DNA from: Negaprion brevirostris
Taxonomy: Eukaryota
Length of the DNA stretch: 64,000 nucleotides
Assembly: GCA_030324005.1 (NCBI GenBank)
Contig: JARDVH010000031.1
Location: forward strand, 40,950,559 to 41,014,558
Direction: 5' to 3'
Part shown: positions 1-13,650 of the stretch, in pieces
Position numbering within the stretch: position 1 is the stretch's first letter
Layout: each line of letters starts with the position of its first letter
The notes under the pieces: generated by a model
What the model was told of the DNA's origin: nothing
What the model saw: the letters and a program-made list of their open reading frames with translations, nothing else
The model's database searches: none
Program-made: the position numbers and the translations under genes

Positions 1-292
1 TCCACACACCAGGGAAAGGCACCCTTCTGCTCACTCCAAACTCGTTATCTCATAATGCAATCATGCCCTCAAAGGGTTACACTCCTCAGGGATCTCACAA
101 GTTATTAACGGAGAAAACATCAGCGCTAAATGTCTCACCTACCCCTTAACATCATCACGTCTCATCTATCAGCATGCACAAACACCATCTTCAGCTCTTA
201 CAGGGGAGGACTTGGCAAACACAGCAACCCTGCATATTTCCCAACCTCTACTCCAAACATTCTCACTCTATCGCCTATCTGTCTTTTTGTAG

Positions 293-950
293 GCCAAGCT
301 AGCCCACAACAGGAGAGCGGGAAATCGGACAAGAGGAGAATCCAGGAGTTCAATCCAGTCCAGGAGAATGCTGCCGAGCTGGTGGGGGGTGGGGGGGCAC
401 AGGGATCGCTAGCTCCTGTGGCAAAGATGAGATCACCTTACCCAGTATAGATGAATCATCAATCCTGAAATTCACAGTCAGTGCTATGCTCAGTGCTATT
501 GCCTCTCTATTACAAGCAGCAGCAGCAGCTGCAAGTCCAGCCAGCCCATCAGCCACAGCCTACTTCAGATGAGGATCCATTTGAAGAAGACCCATCATTG
601 CACTGAGCTGTACCCTCCACCAGCCAGAGAAACACACCTCTAGCTCCAGATTAGGCTCACTTTGTGGAGAACACCTCACTGACATATCTCCACAGCAGCT
701 GGAGGCAATGACAACCCAGGTCTCTGGCACTTTTGATGGAGACCAGACACCTGCTGATTCCAAGTTACATAGAAATGGCTGTTGCTCACAAGCTGGGGGT
801 ACAAAGACAGTAGTTGAATATCAGGCAGAGTTGAGAGAGATAGTCAACAGACAAGCGAAGGATGGAGACCATCCTTGTTCTATCTGATGAGATAGCTCTG
901 ATTTGCAAGTGCCTCCATGTCTCCACGGAAGCCTTGGTCCAGCAGGTCAT
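293..950 (+). mobile_element. probable relic of a Harbinger accessory Myb/SANT-like gene (intron-containing)
   Basis: After the acceptor tctttttgtag the sequence reads AKLAHNRR...ENAAELVG. This resembles the KxAHNRRE..TGGG segment after the SANT domain in NAIF1/MSANTD-like Harbinger ORFs. Heavily frameshifted. Confidence 0.45.
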
Positions 951-3149
951 GCGTGGTTTGTACTTAGTTCTGTATTTCATTGCTCTAGATTTAAGTGGGA
1001 TCCTTTAGTGGCTCAGAGTCACAATTGAAGTGAAGTAAATCAATGATATGAGTGCTAGTGGAATTCCCGACATGGGTTAACGGGAAAGTTGATCACCATT
1101 AGGGCCAGCACAGAAGTGCTGCAGGGAAATTTCTGACTTGTTTTCCTGATAGTGGAAATCCGGCTTTTGGTGTCACTCTGAATTTTCCATTCCCAAGTGC
1201 CACGCAACCTGCCATTGGTGGCACTGAATAATTCCACCCAATATCTTGGTCCCCTCACTCCAACAGTGTTCCATTCACGATGCCCCGTCCCCCGATGCCA
1301 CTCCTACTTGACATTTACTCCTTGACTTTCTCAGCCTGAAAATCCTGCCCAACTCTACCATCATTTTCATTAATGTACTTCCAGGAGTTGCAAACTGCCA
1401 AATGTTTTATGGGTACACTACATCTGTACTCCAAATCAAACTGGGTATTTAAACAAGAATATTTAAACTAATATGATCTAAGCTCTGGGACTAAAATCAC
1501 TTTCTGATAACAGAAGGTGTGCTCTGTAACAATTGTTAAACTTAATAATTGATGAGAAGTTGCTGCTTGACACAGCTGGCTATTCCATTAGTTTCCAGTC
1601 ATTGACATTCACCAACAAGCCTGGATTTCACACTCAATGAGTAGTCAGAGGTTNNNNNNNNNNNNNNNNNNNNNNNNNNNNNNNNNNNNNNNNNNNNNNN
1701 NNNNNNNNNNNNNNNNNNNNNNNNNNNNNNNNNNNNNNNNNNNNNNNNNNNNNNNNNNNNNNNNNNNNNNNNNNNNNNNNNNNNNNNNNNNNNNNNNNNN
1801 NNNNNNNNNNNNNNNNNNNNNNNNNNNNNNNNNNNNNNNNNNNNNNNNNNNNNNNNNNNNNNNNNNNNNNNNNNNNNNNNNNNNNNNNNNNNNNNNNNNN
1901 NNNNNNNNNNNNNNNNNNNNNNNNNNNNNNCCGCCCACCCGATAAAGGATTGCACAGTAATTGACCAGAAAATTCAAACTTCCAGTGGACAGTTGCCCTG
2001 CACTGGGAATCATGCAATACAGATTTAAATTGCAGATTTTGCCTAGTTCCAACTCTTACAGGAATAGTTACCCAAGAAAAGCTAAAAGAGTTAAAACAAC
2101 TTCTAAGTTCTGGGTAACTATAGTACAGATGATCCCCCACACCCCGACTATCTTACTGAACCTTCCAATGGACTCTGAATACTTCCCCACCCCTGATTAT
2201 CTCCCCATCTGACTACTCTCACCAAACACCCCCTCTTCATTGCCCAACACCCTGTCCCCATTAATCAATTCCCCAACTCTCACAATGATCATATATTGGA
2301 CATGTAGCACATACTCCATCTACTTGACACTAAGGCCCAATTCATTTTCCTTTGGTGTGAGTGCTGTTGGCAAGTGCTGAATGTTGCAAGTACAATTAGC
2401 TATTGGGTAGCCGGCTGTCTAATCCTTCACCTTGGAGGCCTTAAAGTAAGCTGCAGTCCCCAACTGTGTGTCCTGATAGAGCTCTTGGCAGTACTGCCAC
2501 AGGAGACTCAGTAGCAATGATGTATCTGCATGCTTGCACTAAACAGATGATTGATGTCAGGTTTAATAAAGCAAACACTATCACCACCTTTTCCATGGAC
2601 AGCCAGAAGCAACTGGTGCTTGCAAAGTAATAAACTAGAATACTGGACACTGGCAGCATCAATGGAGAGATAAACAGAGGTAACATTTCAAGTCTGTTAA
2701 TATATTCACAGCTTATTAAGGACAATTTTAATATGGGATTTGGGATTCAACTGTGGGTGCACAAGTTTCCAGGGATCCCTGGGATTTGCCAGGGAAAGCA
2801 AGCAAGGTGTGAAGGCAACGGTCATTAAATAAATTACAGTCAAAAATCTCCGTAATTACTGAAACCTCAAAGCTGATTTCTGACCTTGTTGTGTGAAAAG
2901 CTTTTACACTCAGTAATTGTTTTAAGAGGTGACTTTCACAGCTTTGAATGTTTAGGCATCTGATCCCCACTTTGCAACTTTGACCCATCAGGTCATAATG
3001 GGTACACTTATGCTGCATTGGCTTGGACCTCAAGTGAAGACCGAGATGACAAGCAGCACCAGGAGAGGCAGTAACATCAGCAGCAGCCTTCTCCCCACAG
3101 GAGAAGGAAATGAGTAGAGAGACAGATCTCACAAGTGGTGATACCCACA

Positions 3150-3840
3150 ACACAGCAGAGGATCTTTGAGAGATTGGAACACCATGTCTCAGGAGGCTCA
3201 AGGTCTTGAGTCATGTGGTTGCAGATATTTGCAGCCTGTTGGAAGATGATTATCTGGATCTGGCAGTCACGCTTTACCAGAGGCTGTCAAAGTCACTACC
3301 ACACTCAACCTCTTTGCCTTTGGCTCGATCCAGGTGTGCCGGGGAGATTTGAAAGATCTCACAGTCAATCACCCATAAATGTATAGGACTGATGCCATGT
3401 TTGCCAATGCTGGCAATTATGTGCACTTTGCAATTATGCCAGTCAGGATGGGCAGGCACTGGATTTTGTGACTCAAGTTGGCTTCCTACAGGCACTGAGC
3501 ACCATTGACCTCACACAGCAGACAATCTGGAAACCCCAGAACAACAAGGGATATCCACTTACAATGTGTCCGATGACACATTCAGCCAATTAGGCCCAGG
3601 ACTGATATAATGAAAGTTATAGACATGTCATCAAATAAGCCAAAAACAAGCTGAAGATGCTCCTCGGGTGCTTGGACAAATGTAGAGGTGCCCTTCAGTT
3701 CACAGCAGCCAGGGTCTCCAGAATGATTGTAGACATTGGACAACATCGCACAGCAGGAGGAGCAAAGCACAGAATCTCTTCACGGGGAAAAACATGGCCA
3801 ATACATCAACCATGATGTACAATGCTATCCAAGGTATCCA
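3150..3840 (+). mobile_element. PIF/Harbinger transposase relic (internally deleted)
   Basis: Translates in pieces CLRRLK..VVADICSLLE, HALPEAVKVTTTLNLFAFGS, ISQSITHKCI, RYNES and LKMLLGCLDKCRGALQFTAARVSRMIV..LDNIAQQ, which are typical of HARBI1-family proteins. Confidence 0.8.
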
Positions 3841-6734
3841 CACAGTGACAAGGTTCAGTTAAGTTTCATCAGTGCCCATTTGGCAATAATATCTAAACCC
3901 ACTTCCTCCCCATCCATTCCACCCCCTTAACTTTCCAAATATAAAAAAGTCCTGAAATGAACCAGGCAGTTCTTTCACAGTACCCCTATTGCTCGGCATT
4001 CTGTTTCAATATATCATTCATCACAAAGTGAAAAGGTCATTCAACGTGCATAGCCAAAAGCAGGCAAGGTAGGACAGGGTGGGGGAAAAAAATATATGGC
4101 TCAGAAATTTAACTACGTAAAATAGTGTTACACACTCACAAGCATACTCTGGTGCAACTACAAACTTTTACTCTTCCTCTTCCTACCAATTTTATGTAGT
4201 TCGATCCCTGGGGCTTTAGCAGAAGTAGAGGCAGGCTGCTCAGGTCCCTGTTGAAATGCTAAGATGTTCATAGCCAATGTCTTTGGGGATTTTCAGCCCT
4301 TGAGAGCTCTGCCGAAGATTGACCTCAGCTCTGTGTCTCTCCTTGCTGTTCTCTGCTCTACCCTGCTCCCCCCCCACCCCACCTCCCCCTTGCAAGGTAG
4401 AAAAGAGACCAATGAGTGAAGGCCATGGAATGTGTTGAACAAATGAATGGGCAACATTTGTTGAGCATCTGTGAAGAAGAAACCTGGCGTTGTCAGACTT
4501 TTTACTAAGAAGAAACTCAACATTGCCTAAGGATGGAGCTCAGTGAGAATGCTGGATGGACAGATGGGGATGTAAGGAAAAGCATAGACAGAGACACCAA
4601 CATCATAAGTTAGTGTGAGAGGCGATGAGCTGGAGTAGGCTTGAGGAGGCAGAATAAAAAGGTTGGTGTGATTTACACATCAGCATGTAGTTGAATGTAT
4701 CCCAGTACTCACGTTTCCTGCTTTAATAAGGCCATTAAACCACTTCCTGCACTGAGCCAGGAGCATTTTAATACAATCCTGCTACTCATCTCATAATCCA
4801 CTGCCTCGTCACGCCATCTTTCTTTCACTGCTATGTTTCTTCTCCCTGCTATTAGGGAACGATATCTCCTTGTGGACCAGCATCACCTCCAGAGAGACAT
4901 TACCAAAGTGAAGCAGGGACTTGGAATGTTGGAACCCTATTCTAACAGTTCTGTTCTATTCTCCTACCTTCAGAATCCATTTACACAAAAGCAAAATTGC
5001 AGATGTTGGAAATCTGAAATTAAAAACAGAAAATGCTGGAAATACGCAGTGAGCCGGACAGCATCCATAAAGAGAAAACAGATAAGGATAAGATTTTTAA
5101 TGGCCTCGCTCATCTAGAAACTGTAAAATCTTGCCCAAGTCAATGGACCTTCCCATGGTCCGCTCCTTGCCCGCTCTGATTCCCATGATGGGCAGGCTGG
5201 GAAAATTCCGGCCAACATTTCAGGTCAATGATCTTTAATCAGAACTGGAACCATCCTACATACTGGAGTTGAAATCACCACTCGTGGGTTGTCATCAATA
5301 CTTGTCCTACCTACTTAGTTCAGAAACCCGGGAGTCGGATTGAAATGTAGTGGCTAGGTTAAAAAGCCACTGACTAACAAGTTGCACTTGCCTCTTGGTT
5401 CCTCGTGTTATCAGATCCACATCTCACCCCCACACCCAACCTTCCTCTGCTCCAAGAATATCTCCTGCCCTTTTAAAAGGGCAGGAGTAAATAGAGCTGG
5501 GATACCTAAACTAAATCAGAGGGTAAGATTGGACATCTGGAAGATTGACTTTCCTCAGAGGATGACTGACCAGTATTTGAGAGAAGATAATGAAAATCAA
5601 TTCTTTATAGACCTTGAAGAAAGCAATGGACTTCTCAGGGAAAAAAAAAATCACAAGTACGTATGGAAGAGTGAATCATTCTGGAAAATAATTAAGTGGT
5701 TTCGAGACTCTTGAGATTTGCTTGATCACCCATGAGTGGTCAGAGGAGCTTTTGACAGAGATCTCCTTAATTAGATTACAGCTTTCTGTTTTTGCCTCCC
5801 CCAGGTGATTGAGGCAAGAGAGGAGGGATCCCCAAAACTTGAAGCAAGGGTTTGTATTTGAGGCTGCTCTTAAGGGAAGCATGGTGTGAGCATTTATGGG
5901 CATTTTCTGACCATGTAAAGAAGAATCTTTGAGAATTCTACAGTTCATAGAAACAGTTCAAGAAGTATAATAGTGCAGTATGAGAAACTCAGCACTTTTA
6001 CTTGTAATACCTGATAAATCCAATGCTTTAATTCAGCCATTCTGAAATGTGTGGTAATAATACTGGCCTAGAAATAGAGCACGCTAATGAGTCTCTAGAA
6101 GTGTGCACCAGTACAGGGAATTGACTCCTGCATGTCAAGATTCTTTTATCACACAATACCGCTAACAAGGTTTTTTAAAAAAAAGTCCATCAGGACTTGC
6201 AACGACAATGCTGCCATCAATGTGCCAAAGTGTATCTGTAACAAGAGTTCTCAAGCAAGATTTTACTCCCATTATCTAGTTGCTAAATGATTTTAGCACC
6301 ATAGTAAGTGACACTGACTATTTATGGCAAGAAAAAGCAGTGACATTCTATTCCCCTCCTGTGGCAGCAAATGCCAAGATTTTTTGAGAGATTTTTCTGC
6401 ACTGACCTATTGGGAATATTGATTAGCAAAGTTTTACACGACTGTAACGGGGAATACCAGTGGGCATCCAAAAGCTTTGGCACTGGTGAACTAGTGGTTT
6501 GGTTTTTGAGAGTTGCATTGGCAGCAGCATGGGAGTAGGCTATAAATCATCTGTCAAGATGGTCCTTTTGACTAAATATGCTACTTAGAAGAGAGTATTG
6601 ATATCACTGTGGATGAATGTACTTTGTGCTGGAGAAGTGAGTCCTAATGACTAGGAAAGTCCTTGGGCTACTCTGAGTTAGACTGTGTCCACCTTGATTT
6701 TAATGTTAGAACATGCAGTGTCAAAAAAATGAGC

Positions 6735-6926
6735 AGGTAGGTGGATTGACCATGCTAAATTGTCCCTTAGTATCCAAAAATATGTGTAGGTTAGGTGGAT
6801 TAGCCATGATAAGTGTGTGGGGAGGGCCTGGGTAGGTTGCTTTTTAGGAGACTCTGCAGACTCAGTGGGTCGAATGGTCTCTTTCTGCATTGTAAGCATT
6901 CTGTGGGTTCTGTAGGAATTCTATGT
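6735..6926 (+). mobile_element. 5'-truncated HE1-like SINE
   Basis: GGTGGATTGACCATGCTAAATTG...GAATGGTCTCTTTCTGCATTGTA...ATTCTATG matches the 3' half of the 11463 copy. Confidence 0.7.
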
Positions 6927-7055
6927 TGCATGAGTTTAATGTGGAAGAGGAGCCAGCTGAGGAACAACCAATAGGTGGCAAATGATTCTGAGGAAAACAC
7001 AAAGAAGGTTTATAGAAGCACTTCCCATATCAGTGGTAAGAGGCAGCACCTACTT

Positions 7056-7212
7056 AGAATGAACATAGAATGATCACAGAATCATTAGGGTGCAGAAGAA
7101 GGCCTTTCAGCCCATCAAATCTGCACTGACAACAATTCCACCGAGGCTCTATCCCCGAAGCCCCACATATTTATCCTGCTAATCCCCTGATGCTAAGGGC
7201 CAATTTATCACC
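7056..7212 (-). mobile_element. 5'-truncated HE1-like SINE
   Basis: Reverse complement of the same tail. Similar fragments occur at about 23430-23615 and 33325-33475. Confidence 0.7.
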
Positions 7213-9699
7213 TAAAACAGACCCCTCGGCACTCCTCTAGGTGAGAAAGGACAAGAAAAATCGCATTTGCAGTAAAATGCTAAGGAGCTAGAAGAGAAGA
7301 ACCCTCTCCCCCCACCACCTTCCTGCAGTGCTGAAACACTGGACACAGCCGAAGGCCAAATGCCCCTCACTCTCGAAGCACCTTGTGCAGTGAGACACTA
7401 AGCACACCCCAACTCTGGGAAGCTAAGAGAAGCAAAGTCCTCAAAGGGTCAATTGTGCTCTGAAGGTGGTGAATCTCCACCCTGATGAGCCCTGCATCGT
7501 AGCAAACAGGAAGTCTCGTGCCTGTGTGTGGGACAGTGTGGTGGACATTTGCCTCATCAGCTCGAACCAGGACAAAGCCTTAAAGTACGGCTAACACAAG
7601 CATGATGGGTGTGCGCTGTAAAATGGAATTTGGGGACTGAATTTGCAATTTGATCTAACTGCCCGAAACAGAAGTCGAAAGCACAGCTTCTCGATGGGAA
7701 TGAGAAAGTTATCCAATCAAATCTGGAGTCAGGCAGGGATGTCCTTTCTCTCCTGCTTCAATTGTATACTGTACTGAATTATTTGACAGTCCATCAGTAA
7801 AGATGCAGACATAAAAGGGGTGACAATCCCAGGTAACAAAGGCAATCAGGTCAAAGCCTCCCTGCAGTGAGTGACCTTGCTGTCTTTGAAAAGGGTTGAC
7901 ATAGGAAACACATGATTCTGATAATAATGATGAAGTAACATCATATAACTGAGTAACAGAGGTCTGGGAAGAGAAGTTCCAATTTCGTGCAGAGTTCCCA
8001 ATGTGTACATGGTAGCTGGAAAAATTAATGGCTTTAACAAATTATAGTCTCAAGTAGCTTACTTTGGGAGAATAGACGAACCCTAAAGAACACCATCTAG
8101 ACCCTGAACACACACCAAAATAGCCTTCTGCTCGTATCCACTGTCAGCCTGCAAACCGATGAGCATTTTTACCCAGTTTGAACTGTAAGACAGACTAGGG
8201 AATTAGGCAGATTGATCCTTTTTCCCCTTCACGTCAGGCAAGATTACCTGATAGTGCTGGGGATATGGTTCAGAAAGGCAAAAACTACAATGAGTTTATA
8301 GTCATGAGTAAAACAAAAACTGGAGTCGGGCGACATTTCATTTTCATTATGGGAGGGAAACTGGCCAACATCACCTGCATATCCCACCCACACCTCACTC
8401 CTGTACCCTGGTGGATATGTGAGGCATTTTCTGTTTTATCTGAAGGTTGAAAATGGACCTGCCCACAAAATAGATACAATGTACAAACTTCCAGAAAAAA
8501 GGGGAGAAAAATATAACCAATGGCAGTCTCACCATGATGGCCAACATTGTGCATCAAGTTACAGATAGAGGTTAATTTAAACAGCACTAATTTCTCCTTT
8601 CACCATCCATCTGAAAACAGAAAGGTGTTTTAATTGGCTTTCCCCCTTTATAAGGGGGGGGGGGTATTTCCAAACCCCTAGATTTTGGTGTGATGCAATT
8701 TATATTAATAACTCCACAGCAAACTCAAGATAAGATGAACTAACTCAAAGGTTAGGTTATTTGCACACATTCAAAATGCAGGAGGGTCACAATATTGTCT
8801 CATGTGCACTAATACCATAAAAATGATAGAGAAAAGATTTACAGAGCAAAGATTACAGAGAAAGGATTTTGGACCACAGTCCAGAATCAAAATCCAATGA
8901 GCTATTCCTTCACAAAGATCTGGGAGCCGAAACCTGATGCTGTTAATTCATTTTTCCAGTGATGTTAACTTCACACAATGAAGTGAGTGTGCAGAGCTGA
9001 ATAAGTCTTTTGAGGGTGATGGTACAGAATTTCCAGTGGAAGCAGTGTGGATGGGAGGCAGGTGTCCAAATCTGGGCAGAGAGCTACTTTTCTGTGAGGT
9101 TGCTTATAGGATGGTCATTGGCAGACTGAGCTGTGGCCATTGCCCACTGAGCTTTTGTGGCAGCTGCCCCAAGTTTTGAACCTTTGAAGGTGCCAGTCTG
9201 CAACACAAGGCAATGGTTATGCTAAATGACTCCCAATTCTCCACGTTTCTTTGGACAAAGGACATGTATCCCTCAGATTGTTCAATGTCTCAACCATTAA
9301 GAGTTGAAAAGAAGGTTCCAGGATATTTTATCCTAACAGATGAGTAGACTCTGGTTGGCCAGCCTATGTTATGAAATGCAAATGGTGTCTGTATGGTGCT
9401 TTTTCAATTTAGTCCGTGCAGCCGACAATGTGTCGTTAGTGACTCTTCAGAGGTAATGAGGTGCAATGTTTCTTCGCTACTGCCAGGTAGCTCCTTTTGT
9501 TCAAGGGCCACATACGGACATAAATTCTGCCATTTTAAGGTCTTTAATTTTTTTTAGAGATAGCAATGAACATATTTATATCTGTTATAGAAAATATATG
9601 GAGTGCAGTCTCAGTCACCTCACACTGCACATTGACCACTTGGCACACAAACATCAAATATTGCTACTTGCTGAAATTTTAACTGCAGTTCTTGGATCT

Positions 9700-10497
9700 G
9701 GCCACATTGCCGCAGTTGAACAGTACTGTACCAGCTAACCCGCATAGAAATGTGTGGGAAAAGATGGTTTCCTGAACAGACCACAAAATGCCTCATCACC
9801 ACAATGAAAAATAAGCACTAAGAGGTGACTTGACTGATGGTGTGAACGATCCTCCCTGTCAGAGCTATACTGCTTGTCTGGAATCTCAGTGGCTCCACAC
9901 AGTCCCTGTGAGGCAACTGCAATGGTGAAGAGACCATCATCCACCTTCTTCTGTAATGCGATTTTACAAAGAAGTACAATGTTTTTGTCAAGGCTTATCC
10001 CAAATATCTCCATAATCAGGACTCTATAGGGTGTTCTCAGGGACATATACCAAGATAAACTACTGGAGATCAGTCTACTGAGTGAAAAATGCTCCTTAAT
10101 CTGCCAGAAATGTGATGGTCTTCTTGTGTAATGAATCATTGATGTTTGTATGTTGAAGATTGGCACATTCCATGGTCCAGGACTAAACATTGAGGGATAC
10201 TGTACAACTTAGGACAGCTGCCACGGAAGCTCAATGGGTAACAGCCACGGTTTAGGGGCCTTCCACCATAGTATACCGAGGGCTTGGAAACCATGTACAA
10301 TGTCTTGAGCTGAATAGTTAGCATGAAATGAATGCTGTAAATATAACATGTAACTGTAAATGTAGAGAAGCATCTCAAGGTGCCAAATATTGTATGGAAA
10401 GAAATTGATCTAATTTTACACTTCATGTAATGTTAAATTTGAACTGTTATGTAATGTACCTTTATAAATTTTATGAATTAAATACTTTTGGGAAAAG
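9700..10497 (+). mobile_element. Tx1/L1-clade LINE 3' end
   Basis: A C-terminal zinc-finger motif NCNGEETIIHLLL*CDF lies at about 9915-9965. It is followed by a 3' UTR with TGTAA-rich repeats ending TTTATGAATTAAATACTTTTGGGAAAA. Confidence 0.6.
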
Positions 10498-11462
10498 TAG
10501 TAATTAGGTTTGTATCATTTTTTGAAGATGAAGTCATATGGACTCAAAACGGTAACACTGTATCGTTCTCCACAGATGNNNNNNNNNNAGACCTGCTGTG
10601 TTTTTCAACATTTTTGTATTTATCTCAGCTTCCAGCCACTGCAATATTTTATTTTTATTATGGGGATGAGGGATGGTTGCCGTGCCTGGCATAGTAGAAG
10701 GAAGAGTTCTTATACTCCACCAAAATATTTGTAACATGTTTTGGGCTTCTTCTCTTGCACCAGCAGCCTTTACTGAACGAAGCACTCACAGCTAATTCTC
10801 CGTTCTGGCATGCTGTCAAAATTGCATTAGAATCCAATGTATGTCACAGATCCCCAATTAGTGGGACTCCAGTTTCATTCAGGCCAGAGACGTGGCCATC
10901 CATTAGAAAGCCTGGGGACAATTAGGTGGAATAAGGTGCTAGGTCCATCAACCCCTTTTTAACTCTGCTATTGCTGTCCTTCCAATATGTAGAGGAGATT
11001 GAATCCTCCTCCAAAATCTACTGTAAATTCTATCCCAAACTCCTGTAAAGGGAATTAACTTGCATTAGATAGCATAAATTTATGCTGGAAGCTTTGATTT
11101 AGCATGCATGATCAACAATGTACTATGTAAAGTCGATCACCCATAGGTTGTAAGTATCAAGAATTTGGAATCAATCTCTAAATTATCATTAAAGCAATCT
11201 TGATTTGAGATCTACCCATCGGGTTAATTCAGGAGAAAAACTTACAATTGTTCACAATGTGCTGATTCAAGTAGATTCCAGCCGACATACAACCAAATGA
11301 AAATAATATCAAAATGGGCAAAACAGAAATTCTACATCTATGACGGTCAGCTGCCTGCTCACAACCAGCAGAAAGCAGAACCTAAGGTTCCGGTAGCTGG
11401 ATCATTCAGCTGGCACCTAAGAAGGCTTTTCATAAGCATGCTAGTTGCAGGGAGGGGTCTTT

Positions 11463-11769
11463 GGACAGCACGGTGGCACATTGGTTAGCACTGGTGCCAG
11501 TGATCCAGGTTCAATTCTGGCCTCGGGTGACGATATGGAGTTTGCATGTTCTCCGTGGTCTGCATGGATTTCCGCTGGGTACTCCAGCTTCCTAACACAC
11601 TCCAAAGGTGTGCAAGTTAGGGTGACTGGCCATGGTAAATTGCCTCATAACTTCAGAGGGATTAGCAGGGTAAATATGTGGGGTTAGGGGGTTAGGACCT
11701 GGGTGGATTATAGTCAGTGCAGACTTGATGGGCCGAATGGCCTCTTTCTGCACTGTAGGAATTCTATTG
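11463..11769 (+). mobile_element. tRNA-derived V-SINE (HE1-like), near full length
   Basis: A-box-like GGTGGCACATTGG and B-box-like GGTTCAATTC, a V-core (GGAGTTTGCATGTTCTCC...) and a CR1-like tail ending ATTCTATTG. Confidence 0.85.
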
Positions 11770-12039
11770 TTTTGGAGGAGAGAATATGGGGAACCAGGGC
11801 AGGAAATGACCCAACTTTCCACATGGGACACAGAAAAGCACTTCTGCAAAACCCTTTCACTTGGGAGACCTTCTTTAGCCTCCTTGGCTAAAATACAATT
11901 GGGGTGTCATTGACATCATGGACTAAGATCTTGTATTCATATGATGCTTTTGAGATAATGAAGTATTGCAAGGAACTTACAGGAGTTCTGCAAAATAAAA
12001 TTTCTTTCTGAGCTCCTTAAGATGATATTAGAGCAGCTG

Positions 12040-12552
12040 ACTAAGATAGGTTTTAAGGAGAAAAAAAAGTACAGAGACATAGAGGTTCAGGGAAAGAATT
12101 CCAGAGCTTAGACAGCTGAAGGCATAGTCATAAATGGTGGAGAAAATAAAATCAGGGAAGTTCAAAAGATCAGAATTAGGTGACTGCAGAGGACTGTGAA
12201 GCTAGGAAATAGGGAAGCGCAAAGCAAAATAGCATAAGAATTTAAAAATTGAGCCATTTCTTGACTAGGAGCCAATACAATACAAAGACTTGGTGTAAAT
12301 AAGGACATGGGCAGCAGTGTTTTGGATTACCTCAATTTTACAGAGGGTAGAAATGGGAAATTAGCCGGGAGTGCATTGCAATAGTCTGGTCTAGAGATAA
12401 CAAAGGCATGGATGGAGTTTTCAGCAGCAGACGAGCTAAAGAAAAAGCTAAGTCAGGTGTGTTATGGTGGTGGAAATATGCGGTCTGAGTGAAGAAACGG
12501 TCATGTGATCGTGAGTTTGGAGTCAAATATGACACCAATGCTGTGAAGAGTC
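12040..12552 (-). mobile_element. L2 LINE fragment
   Basis: The reverse strand around 12370-12430 resembles the L2 ORF2 C-terminal motif AAETLIHAFVTSRLDYxNALL. Other L2-like pieces lie at about 33500-33820 (+) and 39540-40400 (-). Confidence 0.65.
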
Positions 12553-13650
12553 TGGCAAATGGAGTATTACGTGGGAAAACGTGAAATTATCCATTTTGGC
12601 AGGAAGAATAAAAGAGAAGCATATTATCTAAATGTTAAGAGATTGCAGAGCTCTGAGATGCAGAAGGATCTGGGTGTCCTAGTGCACAAGTCGCAAAAGG
12701 CTAGTATGCAGGTACAGCAAATAATTAAGAAAGCTAATGTTATAATTTATAAACTGTTATAAACTGCAGCAGGCGACGGTGCAGAGGGACCTCGGGGTCC
12801 TTGTGCATGAGTCGCAAAAACCCAGCCTGCAGGTGCANNNNNNNNNNNNNNNNNNNNNNNNNNNNNNNNNNNNNNNNNNNNNNNNNNNNNNNNNNNNNNN
12901 NNNNNNNNNNNNNNNNNNNNNNNNNNNNNNNNNNNNNATTGAATGGCGGGGCAGGCTCGAAGGGCTGGATGGCCTACTCCTGCTCCTATTTCTTATGTTC
13001 TCATGTTCTTATAATTTACTGCAAGGGGAATTGATTACAAAAGTAGCGAGGTTATGCTTTAGTTATTTAAAACATAGTGAGATCACATCTGGAGAACTGT
13101 GTACAGTGTTGGTCATCTTATTTAAGGAAGCATGTAAATGCTTTGGAAGCTGTTCAGAGAGGGCTTACCCGACTAATACCCAAAATGGTCGGGTTGTCTT
13201 GAGGAAAGATTGGACAGGTTAGGCTCGTATTCATTGGAGTCTCGTTGAGTAAGAAGCAACTTGATTGAAACATGCAAGATCCTCAGAGATCGTGACAGAG
13301 TGGACATGGAGAGGATGTTTCCTCTTGTTGGAGAATCTAGAACTAGGGGTCACTGTTGAAAAATAAGGGATCATCTAATTAAAAATGGGGAGGAGATTTT
13401 TTTTTCTCAGAGGGCCATGAGTCTTTTGAAACTCTCTTCCTGAGGGTTTCAAAGGCGGTGTAAACAGAGTATTTAAATACTTTTTAAGGCAGAGCTGGAT
13501 ATATTTTTGGTACATAGGTTGTGATAGATTATCAGGGGAAGTGGGAAGCAGATTTAAAATTATTATTAGATCAGCCATGATCCTATTAAATGGCAAATCA
13601 GACTCACGGGCCTGAATAGATTACTCCTGCTCCTTGTTCATATGTTTGTA
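12553..13650 (+). mobile_element. CR1-clade LINE 3' fragment with a second copy nested across a gap
   Basis: Contains WQMEYYVGKREIIHFGRKN..QKDLGVLVH and a 3' UTR ending CTCCTGCTCC..TATGTTTGTA. A second QRDLGVLVHESQK segment with its own tail lies at about 12760-13010. Confidence 0.85.

Noticed and set aside
1599-2140. Long ORFs running through N blocks (also 36686-37230, 56362-56724, 59459-59824)
   Set aside because: Their length comes from untranslatable Ns.
7215-9600. Possible LTR-like or other repeat segments
   Set aside because: The composition suggests repeats, but I could not identify termini, TSDs or coding motifs to support a call.
11463-11530. tRNA gene suggested by A/B-box motifs (also 18930-18985, 57275-57340)
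   Set aside because: No complete cloverleaf. The motifs are SINE heads, clearly continuing into SINE bodies in the first two cases.
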